Below are positions 8,644-17,650 of a stretch of DNA of 64,000 bases, one piece after another. The stretch is from IMG/VR virus record IMGVR_UViG_2786546887_000004. One strand, 5' to 3'. Source of the stretch: an uncultured virus (IMG/VR IMGVR_UViG_2786546887_000004) (Duplodnaviria; Heunggongvirae; Uroviricota; Caudoviricetes). A program made the position numbers and the translations under genes. The notes under the pieces are model-generated. The model did no database searches, had not been told where the DNA came from, and worked only from the letters and a program-made list of their open reading frames with translations. Numbering within the stretch: the first letter of the stretch is position 1; each line of letters starts with the position of its first letter.

Positions 8644-10438
8644 TGCTCATTTTAAATACTTTTTTCCATACTGCGAAATTGAGTATTGTAAATAGTTCTT
8701 TTTGTCTTAACATCGCTGGCGCAAATTTAGAACCTTGATTAGGTGTAAAGTTTTTATTATCCATAAAGTTCCAAATAGTGTCGTCATCTAATTCAAATAT
8801 ATCTCTTACTTCTTTATCTTTTAATGTTTCAAAAATATATTGTCTTAATATACTATCATCTCTGCCAGGTGTAGAAGCGTTACCTATTAGTATTTCGTCT
8901 GTTGGGAAACGCCAACCTGTTTTTTTCTTTCTAACAATATACTCAGGTAATCTTCGTTCATATGCTTTCTTAAATAATGTTTTTGCTTTAAATGTCTTTT
9001 TGTTATTTGCTTTGTGTTTAAGTACTGCTTTATATGATGATGGTATAGTTCTTATATAATCTCTTATTACATTACACATAAGAGGGAATCTAGCCTCCAT
9101 ACTAAAGTTCATACCTAACTTATCGTTTCTAATTAAAAAATCTTCAGCTAATGTATTCATACATTCTATATACATCATATCATTGATAGCGTCACCTTGA
9201 ATAGGTGCTGTAGGTAACCACTCATGTAAATAATCCATTTGTTGATCTAGTGTAATTTGTAATTCAGGATTATTTAAACCTCTATGACTCATGCCTAAAG
9301 AATTTAATTTGTTTCGCCAATCACCTTTAACATGATGTTTGTATCCTGTGAATATCTCATCACCACCATCACCACTTAATGTGACTATGACACCATTATC
9401 TGACATAAATTTATTTGTATTGTAATAAGTAGGAAAACTTTTACCTTGTCTTGGTTCTTCTAAAGCATAAAATGTTTTATCCATTGCGTCAACAAAGTCT
9501 TTTTCATTTTGATGAAGTCTATTGTTTTCTATCTGTAATTCGTCACAATACTTTTTTGCAACCTCAGAGTCTTCGTTCAATGCACTACCTGGTAAAGTTG
9601 TTTCAAAGTTTGAGGTGTATGTGTTAGGATTAACACCTAGTCTTTTCATTTCATATAATATAGATGTAGAATCCATACCACCACTTAAAAACAAACCAAT
9701 CTTTCTACGACCCATAAGTGTCATTTTAACTGCCTTGTTTATTCTTTCTGCGATTTCTTCTTCTACATTTTTAAATGTTGTATTAAGTTCTATCTTTTTA
9801 TCATTTAAATTATATGTAAATCTTCTACCTGTATGAACATCATAACTTAATACTTGACCTGGTACAAACTTTTTTATACCTTCAAATAAAGTTAAATAAC
9901 CTGAGTTGTATCCTTGTTTATAATAATGTTTAAGTGCTTCTTTACAAATCTTTCTTTCAAATCCTATTGCTAATAAACTTTTTACCTCACTAGAAAAACA
10001 TAGTCTGTTGCTTAACAAACCATAGTATAAAGGTTTAGTACCATTACTATCTCTAGCCATTACAAGTTCTTTTGAATTTTTATTGTACCATGCAAAGGCA
10101 AACATACCATCTAGTTTTTTTATAAAGTCTTTACCTTCAAGTTTTAAACCTATTGATAAAACTTCAGTATCGGTATCTGTTTTAAAGTTATAATTTAAGT
10201 TATCTCTTAATTCTTTGTAATTGTATATCTCTCCATTATAAACTAATATTGTGTCTTCAAATATCCAAGGTTGTTTTGAGTTTGTTTCTTTATCTACAAT
10301 AGATAATAAGTTGTGGCCTAATGTAATATCATCACTAACAAACTTACCATTACCATCAGGTCCTCTATGATGAGCAGCCTCTATCATTTTATCAATAAAG
10401 TGTCCTCTCTTATCTAATATACCATGTATTGCACACAT
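8639..10438 (-). CDS. asnB: Asparagine synthase-like glutamine amidotransferase
   Basis: N-terminal MC, HRGPD, NGEIYNY, LSGGMDS, SGDGGDE. Confidence 0.9.
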   Translation of the reverse strand: MCAIHGILDKRGHFIDKMIEAAHHRGPDGNGKFVSDDITLGHNLLSIVDKETNSKQPWIFEDTILVYNGEIYNYKELRDNLNYNFKTDTDTEVLSIGLKLEGKDFIKKLDGMFAFAWYNKNSKELVMARDSNGTKPLYYGLLSNRLCFSSEVKSLLAIGFERKICKEALKHYYKQGYNSGYLTLFEGIKKFVPGQVLSYDVHTGRRFTYNLNDKKIELNTTFKNVEEEIAERINKAVKMTLMGRRKIGLFLSGGMDSTSILYEMKRLGVNPNTYTSNFETTLPGSALNEDSEVAKKYCDELQIENNRLHQNEKDFVDAMDKTFYALEEPRQGKSFPTYYNTNKFMSDNGVIVTLSGDGGDEIFTGYKHHVKGDWRNKLNSLGMSHRGLNNPELQITLDQQMDYLHEWLPTAPIQGDAINDMMYIECMNTLAEDFLIRNDKLGMNFSMEARFPLMCNVIRDYIRTIPSSYKAVLKHKANNKKTFKAKTLFKKAYERRLPEYIVRKKKTGWRFPTDEILIGNASTPGRDDSILRQYIFETLKDKEVRDIFELDDDTIWNFMDNKNFTPNQGSKFAPAMLRQKELFTILNFAVWKKVFKMSI

Positions 10439-11316
10439 TATCTTGCCTGACTTCCTCTCACATCTCGTTTACATTTTATACAAGGTGAATTAGGATACCA
10501 TTCTGCCTTTGTAATTCTTTCTCTAAATTTTGTATAGAATTTACTTGTATAGTTTAAAAATATATTTGGTTGTTTTTCTAAATTGCCTACTTCCCATTTA
10601 CTATGTAGTTCTGGTGTCAACATATCACAACACGCTGTCATACTACCATTGTAGTCTATGTAAACACCTTTGTTCATACTTGTACATGGTTTAGTTCTTG
10701 TATAGTTAGTATCTAATACCGTACCTGCTCTGTTCACACCATTTACCCAATAGTTTCTTGCGTGTATTTTACCTTTAAATCTTTCAGGTAGTTTGTAGAT
10801 AATCCACTCTTTGTTTCTGTGTTGTTCTTTATCTATTCTAGGTGCGCTTAATCTATCAGTTATATAATTAATTCTTTTAAACACCTCGTCTTCATCAAAC
10901 TTGTTAGCACCATTTTTCATATATGCTTGAAAAGCAAAACTATCTACACCTGCTTCAACAAGTTGTTGATGATATTCTTTGTTTATGTAATCTGAATTAG
11001 TGTTAAGACTTATCTTTACAGATGGTAAATATCTTTTAGCAATTTTAATCTTTTCTAAAATATATTTTTTATGAGATGTGGGTTCGTGGTATCTACTGAA
11101 ATCTAAACGACCTGCAAAGTTAATTTCACTTAATTGTTTCATAATATTTTCGTACATTTCATCTTTCATAAAGATGGTATTTTTAAAGTTTCTTCTATTC
11201 ACACCCTCTACTGATAAAGGACAAAATGTACAAGTCCTATTACAATAGTTGTGAGTACCTATCTCAACTGATTGAATATTTTTTTTAAAGAGAGCCTTAG
11301 CTTCATCATTAGTCAT
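10438..11316 (-). CDS. Radical SAM protein with SPASM/twitch domain
   Basis: CNRTCTFC (CX3CX2C); C-terminal C...G..TACC...CIKC. Confidence 0.85.
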   Translation of the reverse strand: MTNDEAKALFKKNIQSVEIGTHNYCNRTCTFCPLSVEGVNRRNFKNTIFMKDEMYENIMKQLSEINFAGRLDFSRYHEPTSHKKYILEKIKIAKRYLPSVKISLNTNSDYINKEYHQQLVEAGVDSFAFQAYMKNGANKFDEDEVFKRINYITDRLSAPRIDKEQHRNKEWIIYKLPERFKGKIHARNYWVNGVNRAGTVLDTNYTRTKPCTSMNKGVYIDYNGSMTACCDMLTPELHSKWEVGNLEKQPNIFLNYTSKFYTKFRERITKAEWYPNSPCIKCKRDVRGSQAR

Positions 11317-11542
11317 TTAATAATTTATCTATAAAATTCTCAAACTCTAAAGCAGGTAAGGGTCTATTTAAAAACTCTTGTTTACCAAAGTCTGTTTTTG
11401 GGTTATTAATAGGTTCTATAATCTTATATAAAATATATCTTCTAGTGCCAGCACCTGTTGGATGTATCTCTTGGTGCATACAATGATAATCAGGACCTAA
11501 CTTACTAACTTTGTTTAGTATTCTATTTAATGTGTTAGCCAT
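11309..11542 (-). CDS. Hypothetical protein
   Basis: 77-aa ORF overlapping both neighbours. Confidence 0.65.
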   Translation of the reverse strand: MANTLNRILNKVSKLGPDYHCMHQEIHPTGAGTRRYILYKIIEPINNPKTDFGKQEFLNRPLPALEFENFIDKLLND

Positions 11543-11750
11543 CTATTGGTTCCAATTCTTCTTGTAATAATTCAGATGGTGTCTTTTCATTTTTTTCCTC
11601 TATATTATTATTATATAAACCATCTCTTAATATTTTTTCTTCATCAAAAGTAAATGGTCTAATCATATTTTTACCTTTGTCTTTTCTCTCTTTAGTTTGT
11701 CTTTTACTTTCTTCGTAAGACAATTGTTCTATATCATCCATTTGCGCCAT
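11535..11750 (-). CDS. Hypothetical protein
   Basis: 71-aa ORF in tight operon packing. Confidence 0.6.
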   Translation of the reverse strand: MAQMDDIEQLSYEESKRQTKERKDKGKNMIRPFTFDEEKILRDGLYNNNIEEKNEKTPSELLQEELEPIDG

Positions 11751-12430
11751 TACAAATCTTTCTTTAATATTAGAACATTACATATTTGTCTATCTATGTT
11801 ATCTGTTTTAACTTCGGTTATACCATGCCAACCCTCTGATACGTTTTTAAATATTAATGATGTATTGCCTGAGGTAGGGTATGATTTATTTTCTTCAAAG
11901 TCTTTAGGTTCAGGATTCATATTTTTTACTTTTCTACCTTTATAAAAAATAGTAGAACCACCATACTCTTCTTTCCAACCTTTTGGCATAAAGTATAAAA
12001 GATGAGACGCATATTTACCAATACTATCTACGTGAGGTGATACATCTAACCCACTTTGTGTTCTATGAAAATCAAATCTAATTCTAAAATCTTTTATCTT
12101 CAATAGATCACACATAAATTCTTTATACTCTTTACCTTTTAATTCTGCTAATAATGTCTGCCAAACAAAAGGTAAATCATTTATACTTTTAATATATGGA
12201 TCAAAGTAAGGACTTTCTTTACCTGTTTTAACAACCATCAATCTTCTACAATGAGGTCTTTGACCATGTTTTCTACTATCAGGTATCTCGTCTTTAAATA
12301 AACTATCGTCTGGATATTGCTCTAATAGAGTCTCGTAATCTTCATTGTTGATAAACTCTTTTATATGAAGATGTGGATTATATCCTTCGTATTCGTTTAA
12401 CTTATGATTGGTCAGATTTAACATTTTCAA
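11750..12430 (-). CDS. 2OG-Fe(II) oxygenase
   Basis: PHVD...WHG...R (HxD...H...R). Confidence 0.8.
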   Translation of the reverse strand: MKMLNLTNHKLNEYEGYNPHLHIKEFINNEDYETLLEQYPDDSLFKDEIPDSRKHGQRPHCRRLMVVKTGKESPYFDPYIKSINDLPFVWQTLLAELKGKEYKEFMCDLLKIKDFRIRFDFHRTQSGLDVSPHVDSIGKYASHLLYFMPKGWKEEYGGSTIFYKGRKVKNMNPEPKDFEENKSYPTSGNTSLIFKNVSEGWHGITEVKTDNIDRQICNVLILKKDL

Positions 12431-12968
12431 ATACTAGTCCTCTGCTTCGCCAAAACTCTCTTTCCATAGTTGATCTTGCTTTTGATGAGAAAGTATAATC
12501 ATCTCTATATGTAAAACCATACTTCTTAAATAATTCTAACCAGTAATGTTTATCTTCACAATTAACATGATGATGTCCTGGTTTACCTGGTTCTGAATAG
12601 GTTACAAAAACATATTTTGCACTTTGCATTAGTGACATCCAGTTATCTTCATATTGTTTTTCTACGTGCTCAACAAACTCACAACACCAAATCATATCAA
12701 ATTTAGTTTTGTAATTTTCAAACTTACCTTTTGTAAAATCGTGTAATTCAAATAGTTCTGGTTTATCTCTAACAAGTGTATGATCACCATCTATACCTCT
12801 TGCGTCAATACCCATTTCAATTGCCTTATAGACTTGACCACCTGGGCCACAACCTATATCTAACATAGACTTGACACCTAGTTCATCTCTAGCAAATCTT
12901 ATTACACCTTCATCTGTGTGTGTTCTATTTTTATGTCCACCTAAGTGGTGTGGTAATGGTTCGTTCAT
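12402..12968 (-). CDS. Class I SAM-dependent methyltransferase
   Basis: LDIGCGPG, EFVEH, HHVN. Confidence 0.85.
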   Translation of the reverse strand: MNEPLPHHLGGHKNRTHTDEGVIRFARDELGVKSMLDIGCGPGGQVYKAIEMGIDARGIDGDHTLVRDKPELFELHDFTKGKFENYKTKFDMIWCCEFVEHVEKQYEDNWMSLMQSAKYVFVTYSEPGKPGHHHVNCEDKHYWLELFKKYGFTYRDDYTFSSKARSTMEREFWRSRGLVFENVKSDQS

Positions 12969-13975
12969 TCTACTAACTCCTGTATGTAATCGAATATCAT
13001 TGAATCTTTAAATTCATTTTCTCTAAATTCTGTATGGCACATTTCATTCCACCATTTTTGCATAGTATCTTCATCGCTATAATATATATCATTAATTTTA
13101 GATAGGTCTGTATTACCTAACTTATAACCAAAGTTTGCACTTGTAGTAAAGCAAGGTATACCCAACATTGTCAATTCAAATATAGATGTGCTGTTATCTA
13201 ATACTGCACAATATAAAAGTGGTGCTAAATCTTTTAGAGACATATGTTTATTAAGCATAGTGTGATGTTTAGATTCATAGTCACTCATAGGGTGAGGTTT
13301 AATTAGAATTTCTTTATCAGTGTGTTTTCTTATTTCTGCAACACTCTTCTCAACAAATTCAGGACCTGGCATTGTACTAGTAGGATCATTTTCTAATCCT
13401 GTCATAATTACTATCTTACCATTTTTATTATTTTTCCATTTATGATGATAAAATTGTTCAGTTAATTGAGGTTCGTATTTAGCATTATCTAATATAAATT
13501 TTTCTAATCTGTTCATACTTCTAGGTCTACAAAATTTAGCAGGTCCATATGTCCAGTGATTAAGACCCATACGATAATACTTTGGGTTCTCATCTTTCCA
13601 ATGTTTGTTACCTGATATTGCTTGTCTGCACCTACTCATTGTTGCTGTTTCGAATACTATAACTTTTGTGTCATATGACTTAGCAATATCTACAAAAAAT
13701 TTGTTTATTTGATTTATATAAGCTTGTCTTCTTTTATTAGTTATAGGATGCCATTGTCTGTTTTTGTCATCACTACCCCAAGTACCAAACAAACAGATAG
13801 CGTCTGAAATTTGTATATTCCAAAGATCATTATAAGTCATCATTGTATTATCAAAATAATCTTCTTCGTGTTTTATAGGTATTTGATGAAATTCTATTTT
13901 TTTATTTTTTTGACTTGTAAGAGCATAATGTACACTTTGACACACACTTTGAGTTCCTATTATAGTAAGTTTCAT
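12965..13975 (-). CDS. Capsule-synthesis-like (GT-B-like) protein, paralog 3
   Basis: YYRMG, ILIKPHP, NSTSIFELTMLGIPCF. Confidence 0.55.
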   Translation of the reverse strand: MKLTIIGTQSVCQSVHYALTSQKNKKIEFHQIPIKHEEDYFDNTMMTYNDLWNIQISDAICLFGTWGSDDKNRQWHPITNKRRQAYINQINKFFVDIAKSYDTKVIVFETATMSRCRQAISGNKHWKDENPKYYRMGLNHWTYGPAKFCRPRSMNRLEKFILDNAKYEPQLTEQFYHHKWKNNKNGKIVIMTGLENDPTSTMPGPEFVEKSVAEIRKHTDKEILIKPHPMSDYESKHHTMLNKHMSLKDLAPLLYCAVLDNSTSIFELTMLGIPCFTTSANFGYKLGNTDLSKINDIYYSDEDTMQKWWNEMCHTEFRENEFKDSMIFDYIQELVE

Positions 13976-14379
13976 TTAGGTATCCTATCATGTGAAATAT
14001 GAGTATGAGCTCTTGTCATTGCCTTGTCTTCTCTTTCATTTATCATATAACCTTCTATATGTGTGTAACCATTTTGTCTTGCCCAATATACTCTTTTATT
14101 ACCAGAGTGTACATATAGACCTGGTTTAACTTTACCATCTACTACATGAGGTAAGTTTTTTCTTTTAAATCTCTCTAACACCCAATCATGTTCACCTGTT
14201 GATACTGATATAGGATATTTCATACCATGTTTTTTAAAACTATCTTCATAACCAAACTCTTTCATTCTTTTCTCTAACCATTCATCTGGTGGAATACATA
14301 TTAAATCATCTAAGGCAAATTGTTCTACTTTATATTTTTTTAGTAAATCAGGATATTCATTTGCAATTAATATCTTCAT
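13972..14379 (-). CDS. ParB/Srx-like domain protein
   Basis: GMKYPISV...SGNKRV..A...GYTHIEG. Confidence 0.55.
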   Translation of the reverse strand: MKILIANEYPDLLKKYKVEQFALDDLICIPPDEWLEKRMKEFGYEDSFKKHGMKYPISVSTGEHDWVLERFKRKNLPHVVDGKVKPGLYVHSGNKRVYWARQNGYTHIEGYMINEREDKAMTRAHTHISHDRIPK

Positions 14380-14693
14380 ATTCTAATTTCATTTAAATCT
14401 AATTCAATACCTTCAAGTTCGTCAGGTTTACCTTTTGGATAATCAGGATATATTCTGTATTCTTCTTTTGTAGTATCTGATTTGCAACCTGCAACTAACC
14501 AATCCCATTGAAACTCCCCTTGTACAACAAAGTCATTTATTACTTCGTATCTGCCATCTGGTAGTTTTAGTTCTAATTCTGCTCTGCACTCGTCCATACT
14601 TCTATACCAACCTTCTAATTGAAAAGTTGTTTGAGTTTCAATAGGACTATGACCTATAAGATATGCTAATATTAATATTTTAAAGTCTTGCAT
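14376..14693 (-). CDS. Hypothetical protein
   Basis: 105-aa ORF with overlapping start/stop. Confidence 0.65.
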   Translation of the reverse strand: MQDFKILILAYLIGHSPIETQTTFQLEGWYRSMDECRAELELKLPDGRYEVINDFVVQGEFQWDWLVAGCKSDTTKEEYRIYPDYPKGKPDELEGIELDLNEIRI

Positions 14694-15228
14694 AACCAGC
14701 CTTTGCTACATAATAAGCGTCAACAACATCTGTCACTGGATTATTAAGTTTAGATTGATCAAACTCTTTCATTAAATCTATCTTTGTATCTTGTACAAAT
14801 TGTTCATACATTTTTAATTTATCTGCATTGCCTTTACCTGTAGCATGCTTCTTTACTTGACCAGGCACAATGCTATCAAACCTCTTATTTAATTTATATA
14901 GTTTATGTTTTAATGTTCCCATATTCTCTGCAAGATTGAACACTAACCCTTTACTACCAAATGAGTAACCTTCTATAAAAATATTACCAATAGTAGTACC
15001 AATAACAGAAAGCGCCCACTCGGAAATCTGATCGTGTCGTTGTTGCTCGGAGGTATAGGGTAGATGTAGTCTGCCATTTATTTTACCATTACAATAATCA
15101 CCTTCATATTTTTTTACGTTTGTTAAATAATATATCTTACAATTATCAAATTTAAACGATCCTCTACAAACACATATAGCAGGACTAGTTAAACTATAAT
15201 CAATTCCAATCGTCTTGTTCTTCTTCAT
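14680..15228 (-). CDS. RuvC/RNase H-fold nuclease (resolvase-like)
   Basis: IGIDYS, IEGY, KKHATGKGNADK, DVVDAY acidic catalytic pattern. Confidence 0.7.
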   Translation of the reverse strand: MKKNKTIGIDYSLTSPAICVCRGSFKFDNCKIYYLTNVKKYEGDYCNGKINGRLHLPYTSEQQRHDQISEWALSVIGTTIGNIFIEGYSFGSKGLVFNLAENMGTLKHKLYKLNKRFDSIVPGQVKKHATGKGNADKLKMYEQFVQDTKIDLMKEFDQSKLNNPVTDVVDAYYVAKAGYARL

Positions 15229-15370
15229 TATCTAAAAATTCTGCGTCATCTTCATCAATCGAAGCCTCACCCCCACAAAAAGGACAAGTAGTAGGTTCTA
15301 AATCTTCATTCTCCCACTTAATGCTATATTCTTCCTCACAATGAGGACATTTGTGTTTTGTGCTGTTCAT
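15200..15370 (-). CDS. Small zinc-ribbon protein with acidic tail (56 aa, not in ORF track)
   Basis: MNSTKHKCPHC...TTCPFCG...; TAATG overlap with the nrdB stop. Confidence 0.75.
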   Translation of the reverse strand: MNSTKHKCPHCEEEYSIKWENEDLEPTTCPFCGGEASIDEDDAEFLDNEEEQDDWN

Positions 15371-16470
15371 TAGAGTTTAAACTTTTTAAATTGATCTTTC
15401 TTAACATCTTGTTTAATGCCACCAATAACATAACTTTCTATTTCTGTTTCTTGTGGTGCATTTTGTAAACCTTTACTATTTAACCAATGTTCAGTCCAAG
15501 GTAAAGGATTAGTTTTAGTTTCATACTTTGATTCAAGTCCGATGGCTCTCATTCTTCGATTACAGATAAACTCTACATATTGATGTAATAGTTTTTCTGA
15601 TAAACCGATCATAGAACCTTGACTAAACAAATAAGTCGCCCAACGCTTTTCTTCGTTAAGTGCTTCATCATAAAGAGCATAGACTTCTTTTTCAGTATCT
15701 TTAATAACTTTGTTCATCACTTTATCATTCTCAAAATTTCTATAGCTGTTTATAATTTTTTGTGATACACCTAAATGCTGACTTTCATCTCTAGCAATAA
15801 GTGATAGAATCTTAGCAGAACCTTCCATAAGTTTAAGTTCACCAAATGCAAATGAACAAGCAAATGATACATAAAATCTTAAACCTTCAAGTATGTTAAC
15901 CGTGACTAGTGCTTTCCATAATGCTTTCTTTAAATCATATTCACTAACACTCTTATTGTCAAGTTTATATTTGTAACCTAATAGAATTAAATTATCGTAT
16001 GTTTCGGTTACAGATTTAGCTCTCTTCTCTATTTTTTCATCTTTAATTATATTATCGAATACATCACTAGGTTGTGAGTATAAGTTTTTAATAATGTAGG
16101 TATAACTTCTACTATGTATTGTTTCCATAAAATCCCAAGTCACAATACAACTTTCTAATTCGGGTAAAGATACAAATGGTAAAAATGCTAAACAAGGTCC
16201 TCTACCTTGTACACTATCTAACATAGTTTGATATTTTAAGTTAGATGTAAATATAAACTTTTGCGCTTCTGATAGTTGAGCATAATCGTTTCTATCTTTT
16301 TGTAAAGATACTTCTTCTGGTCGCCAGAAGTATCCTAATTGTTGTTGAGTTAGTTTATCAAAGATAGGATATTTAAATGTATCATATCTTTGTACTGCAA
16401 GATCAGCACCAAAAAACATTGATTGCTTTGTTGCGTCTAAATTTTTTTCTTTGTTAAATACGGTTTTCAT
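15370..16470 (-). CDS. nrdB: Ribonucleotide reductase class Ia beta subunit
   Basis: FWRPEEV, DSVQGR, ETIHSRSY, EGLRFY, RDESQH, APQETEIESY. Confidence 0.97.
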   Translation of the reverse strand: MKTVFNKEKNLDATKQSMFFGADLAVQRYDTFKYPIFDKLTQQQLGYFWRPEEVSLQKDRNDYAQLSEAQKFIFTSNLKYQTMLDSVQGRGPCLAFLPFVSLPELESCIVTWDFMETIHSRSYTYIIKNLYSQPSDVFDNIIKDEKIEKRAKSVTETYDNLILLGYKYKLDNKSVSEYDLKKALWKALVTVNILEGLRFYVSFACSFAFGELKLMEGSAKILSLIARDESQHLGVSQKIINSYRNFENDKVMNKVIKDTEKEVYALYDEALNEEKRWATYLFSQGSMIGLSEKLLHQYVEFICNRRMRAIGLESKYETKTNPLPWTEHWLNSKGLQNAPQETEIESYVIGGIKQDVKKDQFKKFKL

Positions 16471-16991
16471 TTTAGTGCTACTTTTACTCCTACTGCTGTT
16501 GCAATTATATATCTCATGTTTTCAGTTGTGCCAACTTGTGGCGTGTGTTGTAAATGTGAAGGCCATATATACCAATGATTAACTTTAGGTTTGATAGACC
16601 AAAAAAAGTTATCATCTTCAAATAATGTTCCTCTATCACTATGATTTAAATATATAATACCAGAGTACTCTTCAACCTTCTCAATATTACTTCTGATATT
16701 CACATGGTCATGCCATGTAAAATTATTTAACTCGGTAGCAAAATACGACCAAGCTTTTTCATAAATTAATTGATAATCTTTTTTTAAAAATGACCTAAGT
16801 GCTTTATAAAAACTATCTTTATACGCTCTTACCTCATCATTATTAAAAAGCATATTATCAGTTTGACTTTTGGGATGTTCACAATTAGGGTGCTCTGCAC
16901 AGCACTTATTTGTCTCAAAGTATTTATTTATAAAACTAATTGTTTTAATAGTATCCTCAGAGTCTATATTATGTTTTTCTAACCAAATCAT
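16467..16991 (-). CDS. 2OG-Fe(II) oxygenase-like protein
   Basis: WHDH, SGIIYL, IWPSHLQH, R. Confidence 0.7.
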   Translation of the reverse strand: MIWLEKHNIDSEDTIKTISFINKYFETNKCCAEHPNCEHPKSQTDNMLFNNDEVRAYKDSFYKALRSFLKKDYQLIYEKAWSYFATELNNFTWHDHVNIRSNIEKVEEYSGIIYLNHSDRGTLFEDDNFFWSIKPKVNHWYIWPSHLQHTPQVGTTENMRYIIATAVGVKVALK

Positions 16992-17635
16992 TTGTCCCTT
17001 ATTTTTTCATCATAAAAGTATTTGTCACTATCACCAAATGCCCATTTCTCTTCTTGTTCACTAAAGAAATATCTTGTAGATACATTAAAGTCAGGCGTCT
17101 TTAATTCTTTAGGTGTTAAACTTTGTTCAAACCAATACATTCTATTATTAGGTTGAGCAAAGAATTGACCATTGTCTAACTTACCAAAGTTATGTTGTTT
17201 ATGTTCACTTGGCACTTCACTAACACTAGCATTTATAATATTAGGATCAGTGTGACTACTATCTATTGTAAACAAATATTCACCTTTCTTCTTGCCTTTA
17301 CCAGGTACAAAAATTTCTACATCACAATTTTTTAATAGTCTTTTAGCCCAAATGTGTATGTCATAACTAAAACCATCCCATAAACATAGTTCACCTAGTC
17401 TTAATTGTTCTTCTTGTTTTATATCTGTTTTCCATACAAAGGCAGATATAGGAAACTTGTCAAAACAAGCACCGTATTGAGGAAGATACGCTTCAAACAT
17501 CAGCGCTCTACCTTGCATACTTTTAACTGCAAGTAAAACACACTCTTCAAACTCACCGTAACCTTTTTTTAAATCGTAAAGATATTCTTTCTTAACGAAA
17601 CATTTTATGTATGGTATATTCGCTACAAATTGCAT
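16988..17635 (-). CDS. Conserved marine phage hypothetical protein
   Basis: 215-aa ORF; LWD, EHK..N...LDNGQF.AQPNNR motif. Confidence 0.75.
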   Translation of the reverse strand: MQFVANIPYIKCFVKKEYLYDLKKGYGEFEECVLLAVKSMQGRALMFEAYLPQYGACFDKFPISAFVWKTDIKQEEQLRLGELCLWDGFSYDIHIWAKRLLKNCDVEIFVPGKGKKKGEYLFTIDSSHTDPNIINASVSEVPSEHKQHNFGKLDNGQFFAQPNNRMYWFEQSLTPKELKTPDFNVSTRYFFSEQEEKWAFGDSDKYFYDEKIRDK

Positions 17636-17650
17636 AATTTATCCCTTTCA

